Notes under the pieces: generated by a model | Seen by the model: only the letters and a program-made list of their open reading frames with translations | Databases searched by the model: none | What the model was told of the DNA's origin: nothing | Part shown: positions 50,230-58,118 of the stretch, piece by piece | Layout of the letters: every line of letters begins with the position of its first letter | How positions within the stretch are numbered: position 1 is the stretch's first letter | Assembly: GCA_963705105.1 (NCBI GenBank) | Contig: CAVPIW010000006.1 | Coordinates: 352,001 to 416,000 of the forward strand | DNA length: 64,000 nucleotides | Direction: 5' to 3' | From: an uncultured Nitrospiraceae bacterium | GTDB lineage: Bacteria > Nitrospirota > Thermodesulfovibrionia > Thermodesulfovibrionales > Dissulfurispiraceae | Position numbers and translations under genes: made by a program

Positions 50230-51294
50230 ATGGAATACAATATCGAGACAGAGGAAGACTTACGGCAACTAATCGGCCAATACGAATCTGTACGGTTGGA
50301 CTTCAAGGCGTCAGCCCTTCTCGAACAGCCGACAGAGCGAATCATCAAGCAGCTTACCGAGGATGTCTCCGCCTTTGCGAACACGGAAGGAGGTATCGTC
50401 GTCATCGGCCTGAGTGAGGGGAAAAGGGGCAAGAAAAGCGTTGCTGTTGAAATAGATGAAGGCGTTGACCCCATTAGTGTCCAGCCAGAGTGGCTTGAAC
50501 AAATCATCGCCTCGAATATTAGCCCCCCTATTCCCGGCCTGACAGTTCGCCCCATCCCCCTGTCCGGTAATAAAGCGGGACGAGTAGCCTACGTGGTAAC
50601 AGTCCCCAAAGGTGTTACTGCATATCAGGCAAGACATTCTCTACTATATTACGGGCGTACTGAGTTCACGGCAGTGCCTCTCCACGATAATGTCATCCGT
50701 CTTCTTATGGCGCGTGGCCGTCTTCCTCAAGTCCGCGTAGAAATCTGTAACGTGCAGATCTTGACAGCAGACCAGGAATGGGAAGAAAGACAGGCCAAGC
50801 TCGCAGAGACAGCAAAGAGGAGAAGCGCGGGAGAAGTTATGATCTACCGTCGTGGTGTGCCGTCCTATAAGGACCTTACTGCTGCAAAACGGGACTATGA
50901 TTGGCTTTCTTTTCGCCTTGCTCTCATCAATACTGGTGACGTCACCATACGTGACCTTGCATTGTCTGTAGCCTTTACAGTAAGTTCTGAGGTCTATCGT
51001 GTCAACATGCCCCTGTCTGCCACTGAGGTTAGGTTCCGCTTTGCTGAGGGTCTGCGGAAGAGTTCATTTGGAGGTGAAGAGCACTCGCCACCCGAAAGGA
51101 AGCTTTTTCCTGGCGATCGAGTTGTCTTTCCAGACCAAGACTGGATCATTCATATGCAGGCAGGAACGCCAGTGGAAAAGCATGGGGTACGTCTGCACTG
51201 GACTGCCTATCTCGACGACACTCCACCGTGTTTTGGCGATATTGACGTGACCGAGCATTTCCAGCGAGACGCAAAAAAGCCGCAGGCTGAATAA
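50230..51294 (+). CDS. AlbA_2/Schlafen-like domain protein with unknown C-terminal domain
   Basis: ES.RLDFK, DVSAFANTEGG.VVIG, YY.R. Confidence 0.8.
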   Translation: MEYNIETEEDLRQLIGQYESVRLDFKASALLEQPTERIIKQLTEDVSAFANTEGGIVVIGLSEGKRGKKSVAVEIDEGVDPISVQPEWLEQIIASNISPPIPGLTVRPIPLSGNKAGRVAYVVTVPKGVTAYQARHSLLYYGRTEFTAVPLHDNVIRLLMARGRLPQVRVEICNVQILTADQEWEERQAKLAETAKRRSAGEVMIYRRGVPSYKDLTAAKRDYDWLSFRLALINTGDVTIRDLALSVAFTVSSEVYRVNMPLSATEVRFRFAEGLRKSSFGGEEHSPPERKLFPGDRVVFPDQDWIIHMQAGTPVEKHGVRLHWTAYLDDTPPCFGDIDVTEHFQRDAKKPQAE

Positions 51295-51475
51295 ACTGAA
51301 CTCGCTTCGCTCGATGCGACTCCACGGGGTATTTACCCCGTGGGTCGGCAAGGGTCTTCGCTTCGCTCCGACGCCCTGCACCCCACAATGCACCAAATTG
51401 AGTCAGGAGCAAGACCGACAGCGGCATCAATAATCCAAAAAGGCCACCCAGGTTGCTGGAGAGTGTGAGAAGATT

Positions 51476-51889
51476 TTGAGTTCTCCCGTGTTCAATGTGA
51501 ACTTTGGGCAGTTCTTTGAATTCAACTGCGTAGACTGTGGCACGCACATAAAAAGGCGTGTTGGAAGCTTTTCTAAAGAACAGGGGGTAGTTTGCCCAAA
51601 TTCGAAATGCCGCGCAACGTATGACGTTGAAACCGAAGGTGGCAAGGAAGTTCAGTTCAGTCTCAGACAGTCGAAATACACATGCCTGCCCCCCTGTGGC
51701 ACAGAGAATTGGGTTGGAACCCACCGTGTCCTGCCCGGAAACGTATTCGAGTGCGTCCAGTGCGGGGGAAAGGCGATGGTTGTGCAGCATATGAAACTTG
51801 TCATGCAAGCCGATGAGAAGCCAGCGTCTGGCGTGCTAAAACAACAGGGGAGTAGCGGATCTTGTGAACCTCCCACAAGTAGTACTTAA
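51476..51889 (+). CDS. Cys-rich zinc-ribbon hypothetical protein (possibly a fragment)
   Basis: CVDC, CPNSKC, CLPPC, CVQC. Confidence 0.5.
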   Translation: MSSPVFNVNFGQFFEFNCVDCGTHIKRRVGSFSKEQGVVCPNSKCRATYDVETEGGKEVQFSLRQSKYTCLPPCGTENWVGTHRVLPGNVFECVQCGGKAMVVQHMKLVMQADEKPASGVLKQQGSSGSCEPPTSST

Positions 51890-51929
51890 AACGTAGTCAC
51901 TCTCAAGAAGAAAACAATCTTTGAGTTCG

Positions 51930-52163
51930 TCGGAACCCCATGGGATCGATAGTTTGAAAAAGATGCTTTATCGGGAAAGCTTGACTCATTCGCCGAAACA
52001 GCGATCAAAGCGTTTAAGTCCGGTCGCTGCTCCGAAATTGAAACATTTTGCCTCGACGGAGTTTTGGGAACTCTATGGGTCTTTGCCACAATCTGTCCAG
52101 GACCTCGCAGACGAATGTTACTCATTACTAAGAAATGATCCTCATCAGCCCTTCAATGGGTGA
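51930..52163 (+). pseudogene. Degenerate antitoxin C-terminus and ParE/RelE-like toxin N-terminus
   Basis: WDR*FEKDALSGKLD.. then KHFASTEFWELY.SLP..VQ.LA..CY.LL..DP, truncated. Confidence 0.55.
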
Positions 52164-52271
52164 CTGGCGCAGCGCGAGATGCTGATGCCGAATGCAATGA
52201 AAACACGGGTGCAGTGAGGAGCAGAGAGCCGCTTTGTTGATGGTAGAAAAAGGTTTCTACCAAATGAGGTT

Positions 52272-52732
52272 TTATTGACGCGTGCCTCGGTGCCTCAGGT
52301 TATTAAATGGACCAACATTCCTTAAGCCAAAGTCGGGTTGATAGGCTCCGTTTCGAGCATAAGGTGCTCCATTTCCTAGCTCTGAATAATACAAGTGTCC
52401 CATCTCACTGCTTGTGACGTTATATCCAAAGGTTGACATGCCAGAATAGTTATATAAATCATATGACCATGTACCATCTACAGTTTTGGGTAGCCGCCAA
52501 CCGCTAATATTCTGTTCATTAATGTTGACTGTAAAGAGTTTACCCAATTTATTTGTTCCTGAAATGTGACCTGTGAAGACGTATAGTCATACCATGTAAT
52601 GTTTAGGTCAGAATCATAAATCAGCCGATTACCTATCGAATCCGTTCCAGTAATTATCAATGAGGCAAGCGACTGAAATGCAAAACCGAAAACTATCAGA
52701 ATTGTAACAATAAATAGCCAAATTCTTTTCAT
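52272..52732 (-). pseudogene. Frameshifted, truncated secreted protein (PEP-CTERM/DUF1566-like), AT-rich
   Basis: Signal peptide, LIYD.DLNITW; other frame GWRLP..SEMGHLYY.ELGN..GPFNNL. Confidence 0.6.
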
Positions 52733-52840
52733 TACTTCATTCTCTCTTTCTCAAGTAATGCATCGCCGGAGGGCTCGCTGACTTCAGCCTCCGCGTTCTT
52801 AAGGTCAGTATAGCACACTCAGAGGTCAAGAGGAAGATGC

Positions 52841-54240
52841 CGAATTGCCTCATCTAAAATCACGTCGAAATCGATTCGTTGCCTCAATTAGGAATCACGT
52901 CGAAATATTTTTCCTATGGACCCATACTGACCGGAAAAGACACTCCGGGAGGGGCCATGGGGCTAACGGCAAAAGAGAAACAATCTGCGATAAGAATAAC
53001 TGCACCGCGGTATCAGAGGGCATCCAAGAAGCAGAAAGGAGTCATTCTTGATGAGTTTATCGCTCTGACCGGCTATGAGCGTGATTATGCTGCCTCTGTG
53101 CTCCGAATGCACGGTAAGAAGCTTTATATCAGCAAACGTAGGGTGCTGGTGGGCGACATTGCAAAAACTGGCCGGAAAACCCGTAAGGGTATTTATGACA
53201 ACGTCGTAGTAACCGCACTTATCGTAATCTGGCATATCATGGATTGCATATGCGGGAAGCGCCTTGCGCCGATGCTCAAAGATATAGTCCCGCTCCTGGA
53301 AAAGCACCACGAGCTTCGACTTGATGAGAAGACTCGCGAGAAACTCATACGCATCAGTGCAGCCACCATTGACCGTCTCCTTAAGCCCGAAAGAAAGAAG
53401 TATGCGATCAAAGGACGATCCCTCACAAAGCCGGGAACAATGCTCAAACACCAGATTCCGATTAGAACCTTCGCTCAATGGGATGACAAGACGCCTGGCT
53501 TTGTCGAGATAGATCTTGTCGGGCACGACGGCGGCGATCCCAGTGGCGAGTTTGCCCAGACGCTCAATGTTACAGACATCGCCACAGGATGGACTGAAGC
53601 CCAGGCTGTCAGAAATAAAGCTCAACGATGGGTCTTTGAAGCGCTCACAGATATACGTGCTCGACTTCCTTTCGCCCTGTTGGGCATCGACTCCGACAAT
53701 GGGGCTGAATTCATCAACGACCAACTCTACCGATACTGCAAAGAAGAGAGAATAACCTTCACCCGAGCTCGCAGTTCAAGGAAGAACGATAATTGCTTCG
53801 TCGAGCAGAAAAACTATTCCGTTATCAGAAGAGCGGTTGGTTACATGAGACATGACACCCCAGAGGAACTGGTGCTCCTGAACGAGCTCTACGGCTTCTT
53901 GCGGCTCTACAGCAACTTCTTCCAGCCGGTCATGAAACTGATTGAGAAGACCAGAATCGGCAGCAAAGGGAGGAAGAAGTATGACAAGGCCCAGACACCG
54001 TATCACCGGGTTTTTGCGTATCCCGGCACGACTAAGGAATGCAAGAAGCAACTCCGCAGCCAATACCGAAAACTCAACCCGGCGGAACTGAAACGCGAGA
54101 TCGAAAACCTCCAAAATCGCCTGTTCCAGATCGCCTCGGACAAACACCCAAAAACCCCCAAAAAGTGAAACCCTTTCGACGTGATTTTAGATGAGGCAAC
54201 GAATACCCCGTTGGACGTGATTTTTATGTGAGGCAATGCG
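52841..54240 (+). mobile_element. Insertion sequence (ISNCY-like DDE) with doubled terminal repeats and 5-bp target duplication GATGC
   Basis: TTGCCTCATCTAAAATCACGTCGAAA at 52845 (second copy 52879) inverted at 54174-54199 and 54211-54236; GATGC at 52836 and 54241. Confidence 0.88.
52957..54168 (+). CDS. DDE (rve-type) transposase
   Basis: EIDLVGH, DIATGW, DSDNGAEF, NDNCFVEQKN; SD GGAGG. Confidence 0.92.
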   Translation: MGLTAKEKQSAIRITAPRYQRASKKQKGVILDEFIALTGYERDYAASVLRMHGKKLYISKRRVLVGDIAKTGRKTRKGIYDNVVVTALIVIWHIMDCICGKRLAPMLKDIVPLLEKHHELRLDEKTREKLIRISAATIDRLLKPERKKYAIKGRSLTKPGTMLKHQIPIRTFAQWDDKTPGFVEIDLVGHDGGDPSGEFAQTLNVTDIATGWTEAQAVRNKAQRWVFEALTDIRARLPFALLGIDSDNGAEFINDQLYRYCKEERITFTRARSSRKNDNCFVEQKNYSVIRRAVGYMRHDTPEELVLLNELYGFLRLYSNFFQPVMKLIEKTRIGSKGRKKYDKAQTPYHRVFAYPGTTKECKKQLRSQYRKLNPAELKREIENLQNRLFQIASDKHPKTPKK

Positions 54241-54316
54241 GATGCCTGCAACTGAGGGGGAGAAGACTTTCAACTTCGATGCCCGAAAAATCTTTGTTCA
54301 TCGGAAAGAGGAGAAG

Positions 54317-54806
54317 TCAGGGCATGCGCCACTGCTTCCAGTAACACATGCGTATGTGACACCTTGGCCGGTGATGCATCTCGACGGCATCGTTGTACTT
54401 CAAGCCGCTACCGAAGTAGTTGATCCCCCCTTGGAGATAGGTACGAATCTCCCCGTGTCGGCGAGCTATCGAGGTACAGCCATCTCTGAATTGTGCTCTT
54501 GAGTCATCCATCGCATGACGCGCAGATCTCTCCGGATAAGGCTTGTCCCGGCATAGACCGAAAACGTGTGAACTTTCCGTGCACAACCGCCGTATTTACC
54601 CTATCCCCTGAACCTGCGTGTTTTGTTGTGTTGTGCCCACTCGCCCGGAGACTGAGCCTTGTATGCGGTTTCTGTTCCCCGGATCACGTCCGGGGTAGGC
54701 TCTTGCCTTCGGCTCGCACTTGTGATAGCATCCATTAGTATGAACACTCTCAGATTCTCTTACAGGGGACTTGCACCCCATAAGCTCACGCCCGTGCCGG
54801 GCATAC
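54317..54806 (-). mobile_element. Internally deleted group IIC intron: 5' ribozyme joined to a maturase (domain X) fragment
   Basis: Minus-strand 5' end GTATGCCCGGCACGGGCG..GGGGTGCAAGTCCCC; fragment YLQG.INYF...RCHIRMCYWKQWR. Confidence 0.75.
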
Positions 54807-54867
54807 ACCTGACGCTTCAAGGGATCGACCGGAACTGCAGTGCTCCCCTTGAGCTTGGGCGTTCGGC
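54807..54867 (+). other. attC-like integron recombination site interrupted by the intron
   Basis: AC..TTCAAGGG...CCCTTGAG..GTTCGGC stem with GTT core just upstream of hicA. Confidence 0.65.
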
Positions 54868-54902
54868 ATGTGACCACGATACCGATCATCGAGAGAGGTG
54901 AC

Positions 54903-55172
54903 ATGGGAAGATATGAGAAATTGTTGTTCCAGGTTCTGAGGGGCACATCAGATGAGAATATCGCCTTTGACGATCTGCGCAGGCTGCTGTTAAGGTTGGG
55001 TTTTGAAGAACGCAGGCGGGGAAGTCATCATACCTTCAGAAAAGCAGGGATTGAGGAAAAGATCAACCTGCAACGGGATGATGGTAAAGCAAAGGCGTAT
55101 CAGGTACGCCAGGTGCGGGCAGTGATGTTAAAATATAAGCTCGGAGGTGAACTCGAAGATGCAGAAGTATGA
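54903..55172 (+). CDS. hicA: HicA-family toxin
   Basis: F.DL..LL..LGF....GSHH.F, K.YQVRQ. Confidence 0.85.
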   Translation: MGRYEKLLFQVLRGTSDENIAFDDLRRLLLRLGFEERRRGSHHTFRKAGIEEKINLQRDDGKAKAYQVRQVRAVMLKYKLGGELEDAEV

Positions 55173-55371
55173 AATCATTATCTACTGGAGCAATGAAGAT
55201 CAGGTGTTCGTGGCTGAAGCCCCGGAGCTTCCCGGCTGTATGGCTCATGGAGACACTGAGGAATTGGCGCTCAAGAATATTAAGGATGCCATCCAATTAT
55301 GGATTGACACAGCCAGGGAATTTGGCGATCCTGTGCCTGAGCCGAAAGGGCGTCGCCTCATGTATGCATGA
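55159..55371 (+). CDS. hicB: HicB-family antitoxin
   Basis: YEIIIYWS.ED..FVAE.PELPGCMAHG.T.E.AL.N. Confidence 0.9.
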   Translation: MQKYEIIIYWSNEDQVFVAEAPELPGCMAHGDTEELALKNIKDAIQLWIDTAREFGDPVPEPKGRRLMYA

Positions 55372-55385
55372 ATGTGAATGGCTGA

Positions 55386-55440
55386 ATCGGGTGTAAGGGA
55401 AAACGGTAGCTAACCGTCCCTCCCCACACCACCTACGCGG
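55386..55440 (-). mobile_element. Group II intron 3'-end remnant (part of domain V plus domain VI)
   Basis: Minus strand GGTGGTGTGGGGAGGG..ACCCGAT then TCAGCC, the split inverse core after hicB. Confidence 0.65.
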
Positions 55441-55460
55441 ACATCGATAGTTCCGACACT

Positions 55461-55796
55461 GAGGAAGCAACGGCGCGTGAGAGGAGACACTATGAAGAAG
55501 GCTAAGACCTGAGGGCCGACGACAATAGACGAGATGAGAGGAGAATATGACTTTTCTTCCATAAAGGGCGGCGTGCGGGGCAAGTACTATGAAGCATATC
55601 GAGGGGCCATAAGGTCGTCATATACAAAGAAGACGGCACGGACTCCGTTCAATACTTTAAACTCGAAGACGGCGCAGTCATGCTGGAGCCGGACGTAAGG
55701 AAGTACTTCCCCACTTCTGACGCGGTTAATAAGGCCCTCAGATTATTGATCGAGATTGTTCCGGCAAGGAAGCGTGTATCCGGCCATCGGAAATGA
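55461..55796 (+). pseudogene. BrnT C-terminal remnant and broken BrnA-like antitoxin
   Basis: EATARERRHYEEG*; DEMR.EYDFS...GVRGKY then frameshift to LEPDV..YFPT..AVNKALR. Confidence 0.65.
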
Positions 55797-55888
55797 CACG
55801 ACCGCATAATCATCCATGCACCGGAGCGACATGAATCTGCTCCTGAGCGTATCGGGAAACTTAATCCACAATTCAAGACCTTGGCACC
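55604..55888 (+). repeat. ~275 bp direct repeat, copy 2
   Basis: Matches 49916-50191. Confidence 0.92.
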
Positions 55889-56074
55889 CCTGTTGACATC
55901 TACACAGTGAGCAAGGCATCGGCAAGACTGCGTGAAGAAATGGAAAAAGAAACAAAGAACTGTCAGAACGCGTCGGGCACATTGATTCACAATTCAAGAC
56001 CGGACACTTTTATGTAAACAGTCGCCGGCTGAAGAATAATGTTCGCTTCAAATCAATAGGAAAGGAAGTAGTCT

Positions 56075-56287
56075 ATGCCTCTCAATCTATCAGAAATGAC
56101 CACCGCAGAAAAACTCAAGGCAATGGAAATGCTCTGGGATGATATTTGCCGGAGTACTCCCGATCTCTTGTCACCTTCTTGGCATGAAGATGTTTTGAAG
56201 GAAAGAGAACAGAGAATAAGGGAAGGAAAAGACGAGTTTGTGGACTGGGATCAAGCCAAGAAAGACATCCGGGATTCAATCCCGTGA
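56075..56287 (+). CDS. Addiction-module antitoxin component
   Basis: MT..EKL..ME.LWD, SP.WH..VL..R, DW..AK. Confidence 0.85.
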   Translation: MPLNLSEMTTAEKLKAMEMLWDDICRSTPDLLSPSWHEDVLKEREQRIREGKDEFVDWDQAKKDIRDSIP

Positions 56288-56576
56288 AGGTTAAGATTCT
56301 TGAATCTGCGAAGCAGGATTTGAGGGAATGCTTCGATTTTTATGAGTCACTTGGAACCGGCATAGTTAGCTATTTCCTGGAGTCCCTGTTTTCTGATATC
56401 GAGTCGCTCCGGTTGTTTGCGGGAATACATGGCGTCCATTTTGGGCGGTACCATCGTCTTCTTTCCAAGCGGTTTCCATTTGCCGTCTATTATCGTATCG
56501 AGGAGGATGAGGTAAAGGTCTACGTTGTCTGGACTGCCGAAGAGATCCTGCATGGATAAGAAAACGACTCCAATAA
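56284..56576 (+). pseudogene. RelE/ParE toxin with a C-terminal frameshift
   Basis: A..DL....FYE, RFPFAVYY; natural end LDCRRDPAWIRKRLQ* lies in another frame after ~56529. Confidence 0.75.
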
Positions 56577-56656
56577 GCGAAAACCTCAGTCCATCCACAG
56601 TATGGGCCACCAGGGTCTCATCGTAAATTATCATTTCAATCTTACAGAGTCCCTGG

Positions 56657-56760
56657 TGTTACGAAAAGGTAACAAAAGAGTCGATCGATCATCATCGGCG
56701 AATCGGCATTCATGGCCCGTTTAGCTGAACAAAAGAAATTGCCGTTACTTTTTCGTAGCA
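56657..56760. promoter_or_regulatory. Pair of palindromic regulator sites upstream of the cytochrome-ttr-like operon
   Basis: TGTTAC-N6-GTAACA (56657-56674) and CGTTAC-N6-GTAGCA (56743-56760). Confidence 0.5.
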
Positions 56761-56941
56761 AACCGATTTTTCTTATCTTGATAAATCAACCCCTTTCCGA
56801 GCGGCCTGTAATTTGCTAAACTTTATGAGAATCGGCATTTTCTGTGAAATTCAAAACGACAAAGGGTGATTGGCGACAGCGCACCTCACAACAGGTCGCG
56901 CTGACGTTCGTATGGGCGAAATTCCGTAAGGGGGTGAATGC

Positions 56942-57250
56942 ATGAGAGGATTGGTCATCGGTATGCTTGTTTTGTTGCTCGCGGCATCGGTGGTGGGGGC
57001 GAAGGTCGGAGGCGGCGACATCGTTTTCGAAGAAAAGAAGGTTGGAAATGTCACCTTCAGTCATGACAGCCACGTCGGCATGGGCATGAAGTGCACGGAC
57101 TGCCACGATGGGTTGTTCGGTGCGAAGGGTCAGCACAAACATGTGACCATGGCGCAGATGCAGAAGGGGCAGTCCTGCGGCGCCTGTCACGACGCCAAGA
57201 AGGCCTTCGACGTGAAAGCCGACTGCAACAAGTGTCACAAGAAAAAATAG
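56942..57250 (+). CDS. Periplasmic triheme cytochrome c (c7-like)
   Basis: Signal peptide, F.H..H, CTDCH, CGACH, CNKCH. Confidence 0.9.
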   Translation: MRGLVIGMLVLLLAASVVGAKVGGGDIVFEEKKVGNVTFSHDSHVGMGMKCTDCHDGLFGAKGQHKHVTMAQMQKGQSCGACHDAKKAFDVKADCNKCHKKK

Positions 57251-57262
57251 GGAGGTGAGCCG

Positions 57263-58105
57263 ATGTATCAGGGAAAGGACGAATTGACGGTCATACAGGA
57301 GGACATCCGGCGGGCCCTGGGCAAGCCGCAGACGCGGTGGGCCATGCTCATCGACCTGAGGAGGTGCACCGCCTGCAAGGCCTGCATGGCCGGATGCGTG
57401 GCAGAGCAGAAGAGTCCCGACGGGATCATCTACAGGCCCGTGTATGAGGAGGAGACGGGGACCTTCCCGAAGGTCAGGAGGATGTTCACCCCGAGGCCCT
57501 GCCTGCAGTGCGACAACCCTCCCTGCGTTGCCGCCTGCCCGAACAAGGGCGAGGGCAAGGCGACCTGGAAGAGCACCAAGGGAGAGAGCGCAGGCATCGT
57601 GATGATCAACTACGAGCAGTGCATCGGCTGCGGCCGCTGTGTCGCCGCCTGTCCCTACAAGGCGAGGGCCCTCGATGGAGGCTCGTTTTATACCGAAGGG
57701 ACGCCGAAGATCGAAGCCTATGAGACGTCCCCGACCTGGGAGTACGGCAGAAAGTGGCCCCGTGAAAAGGGTCGGCTTCCCATCGGTGTCGCCAGAAAAT
57801 GCCACTTCTGTGTCCACCGGCTGAAACAGGGTATGGTGCCGATGTGCGTCAGCACCTGCATCTGCAGGGCCAACTATTTCGGAGATCCTGCCGACACAGA
57901 CAGCCTCATCCACAAGGTGATGAAGGACAACAAGACGAAGGTGCTGGCGGCGGTGCTCCCAAAAACGGACATGACCGTCAAGCCCGGCATGTTTAAAGGG
58001 TTGAGCGCTGAAGAGGTGTCGAAAAAGGTCGGCTATCCGGGAACAAACCCCGTTTTCGCCGACATGGCGGACACGAAGCCACGGGTCTATTATATTCTGC
58101 CCTAA
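57263..58105 (+). CDS. Four-cluster 4Fe-4S subunit (TtrB-like)
   Basis: CTACKAC...C, CLQCDNPPC..ACP, CIGCGRCVAACP, KCHFC. Confidence 0.92.
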   Translation: MYQGKDELTVIQEDIRRALGKPQTRWAMLIDLRRCTACKACMAGCVAEQKSPDGIIYRPVYEEETGTFPKVRRMFTPRPCLQCDNPPCVAACPNKGEGKATWKSTKGESAGIVMINYEQCIGCGRCVAACPYKARALDGGSFYTEGTPKIEAYETSPTWEYGRKWPREKGRLPIGVARKCHFCVHRLKQGMVPMCVSTCICRANYFGDPADTDSLIHKVMKDNKTKVLAAVLPKTDMTVKPGMFKGLSAEEVSKKVGYPGTNPVFADMADTKPRVYYILP

Positions 58106-58118
58106 GGGAGGTGAGACG

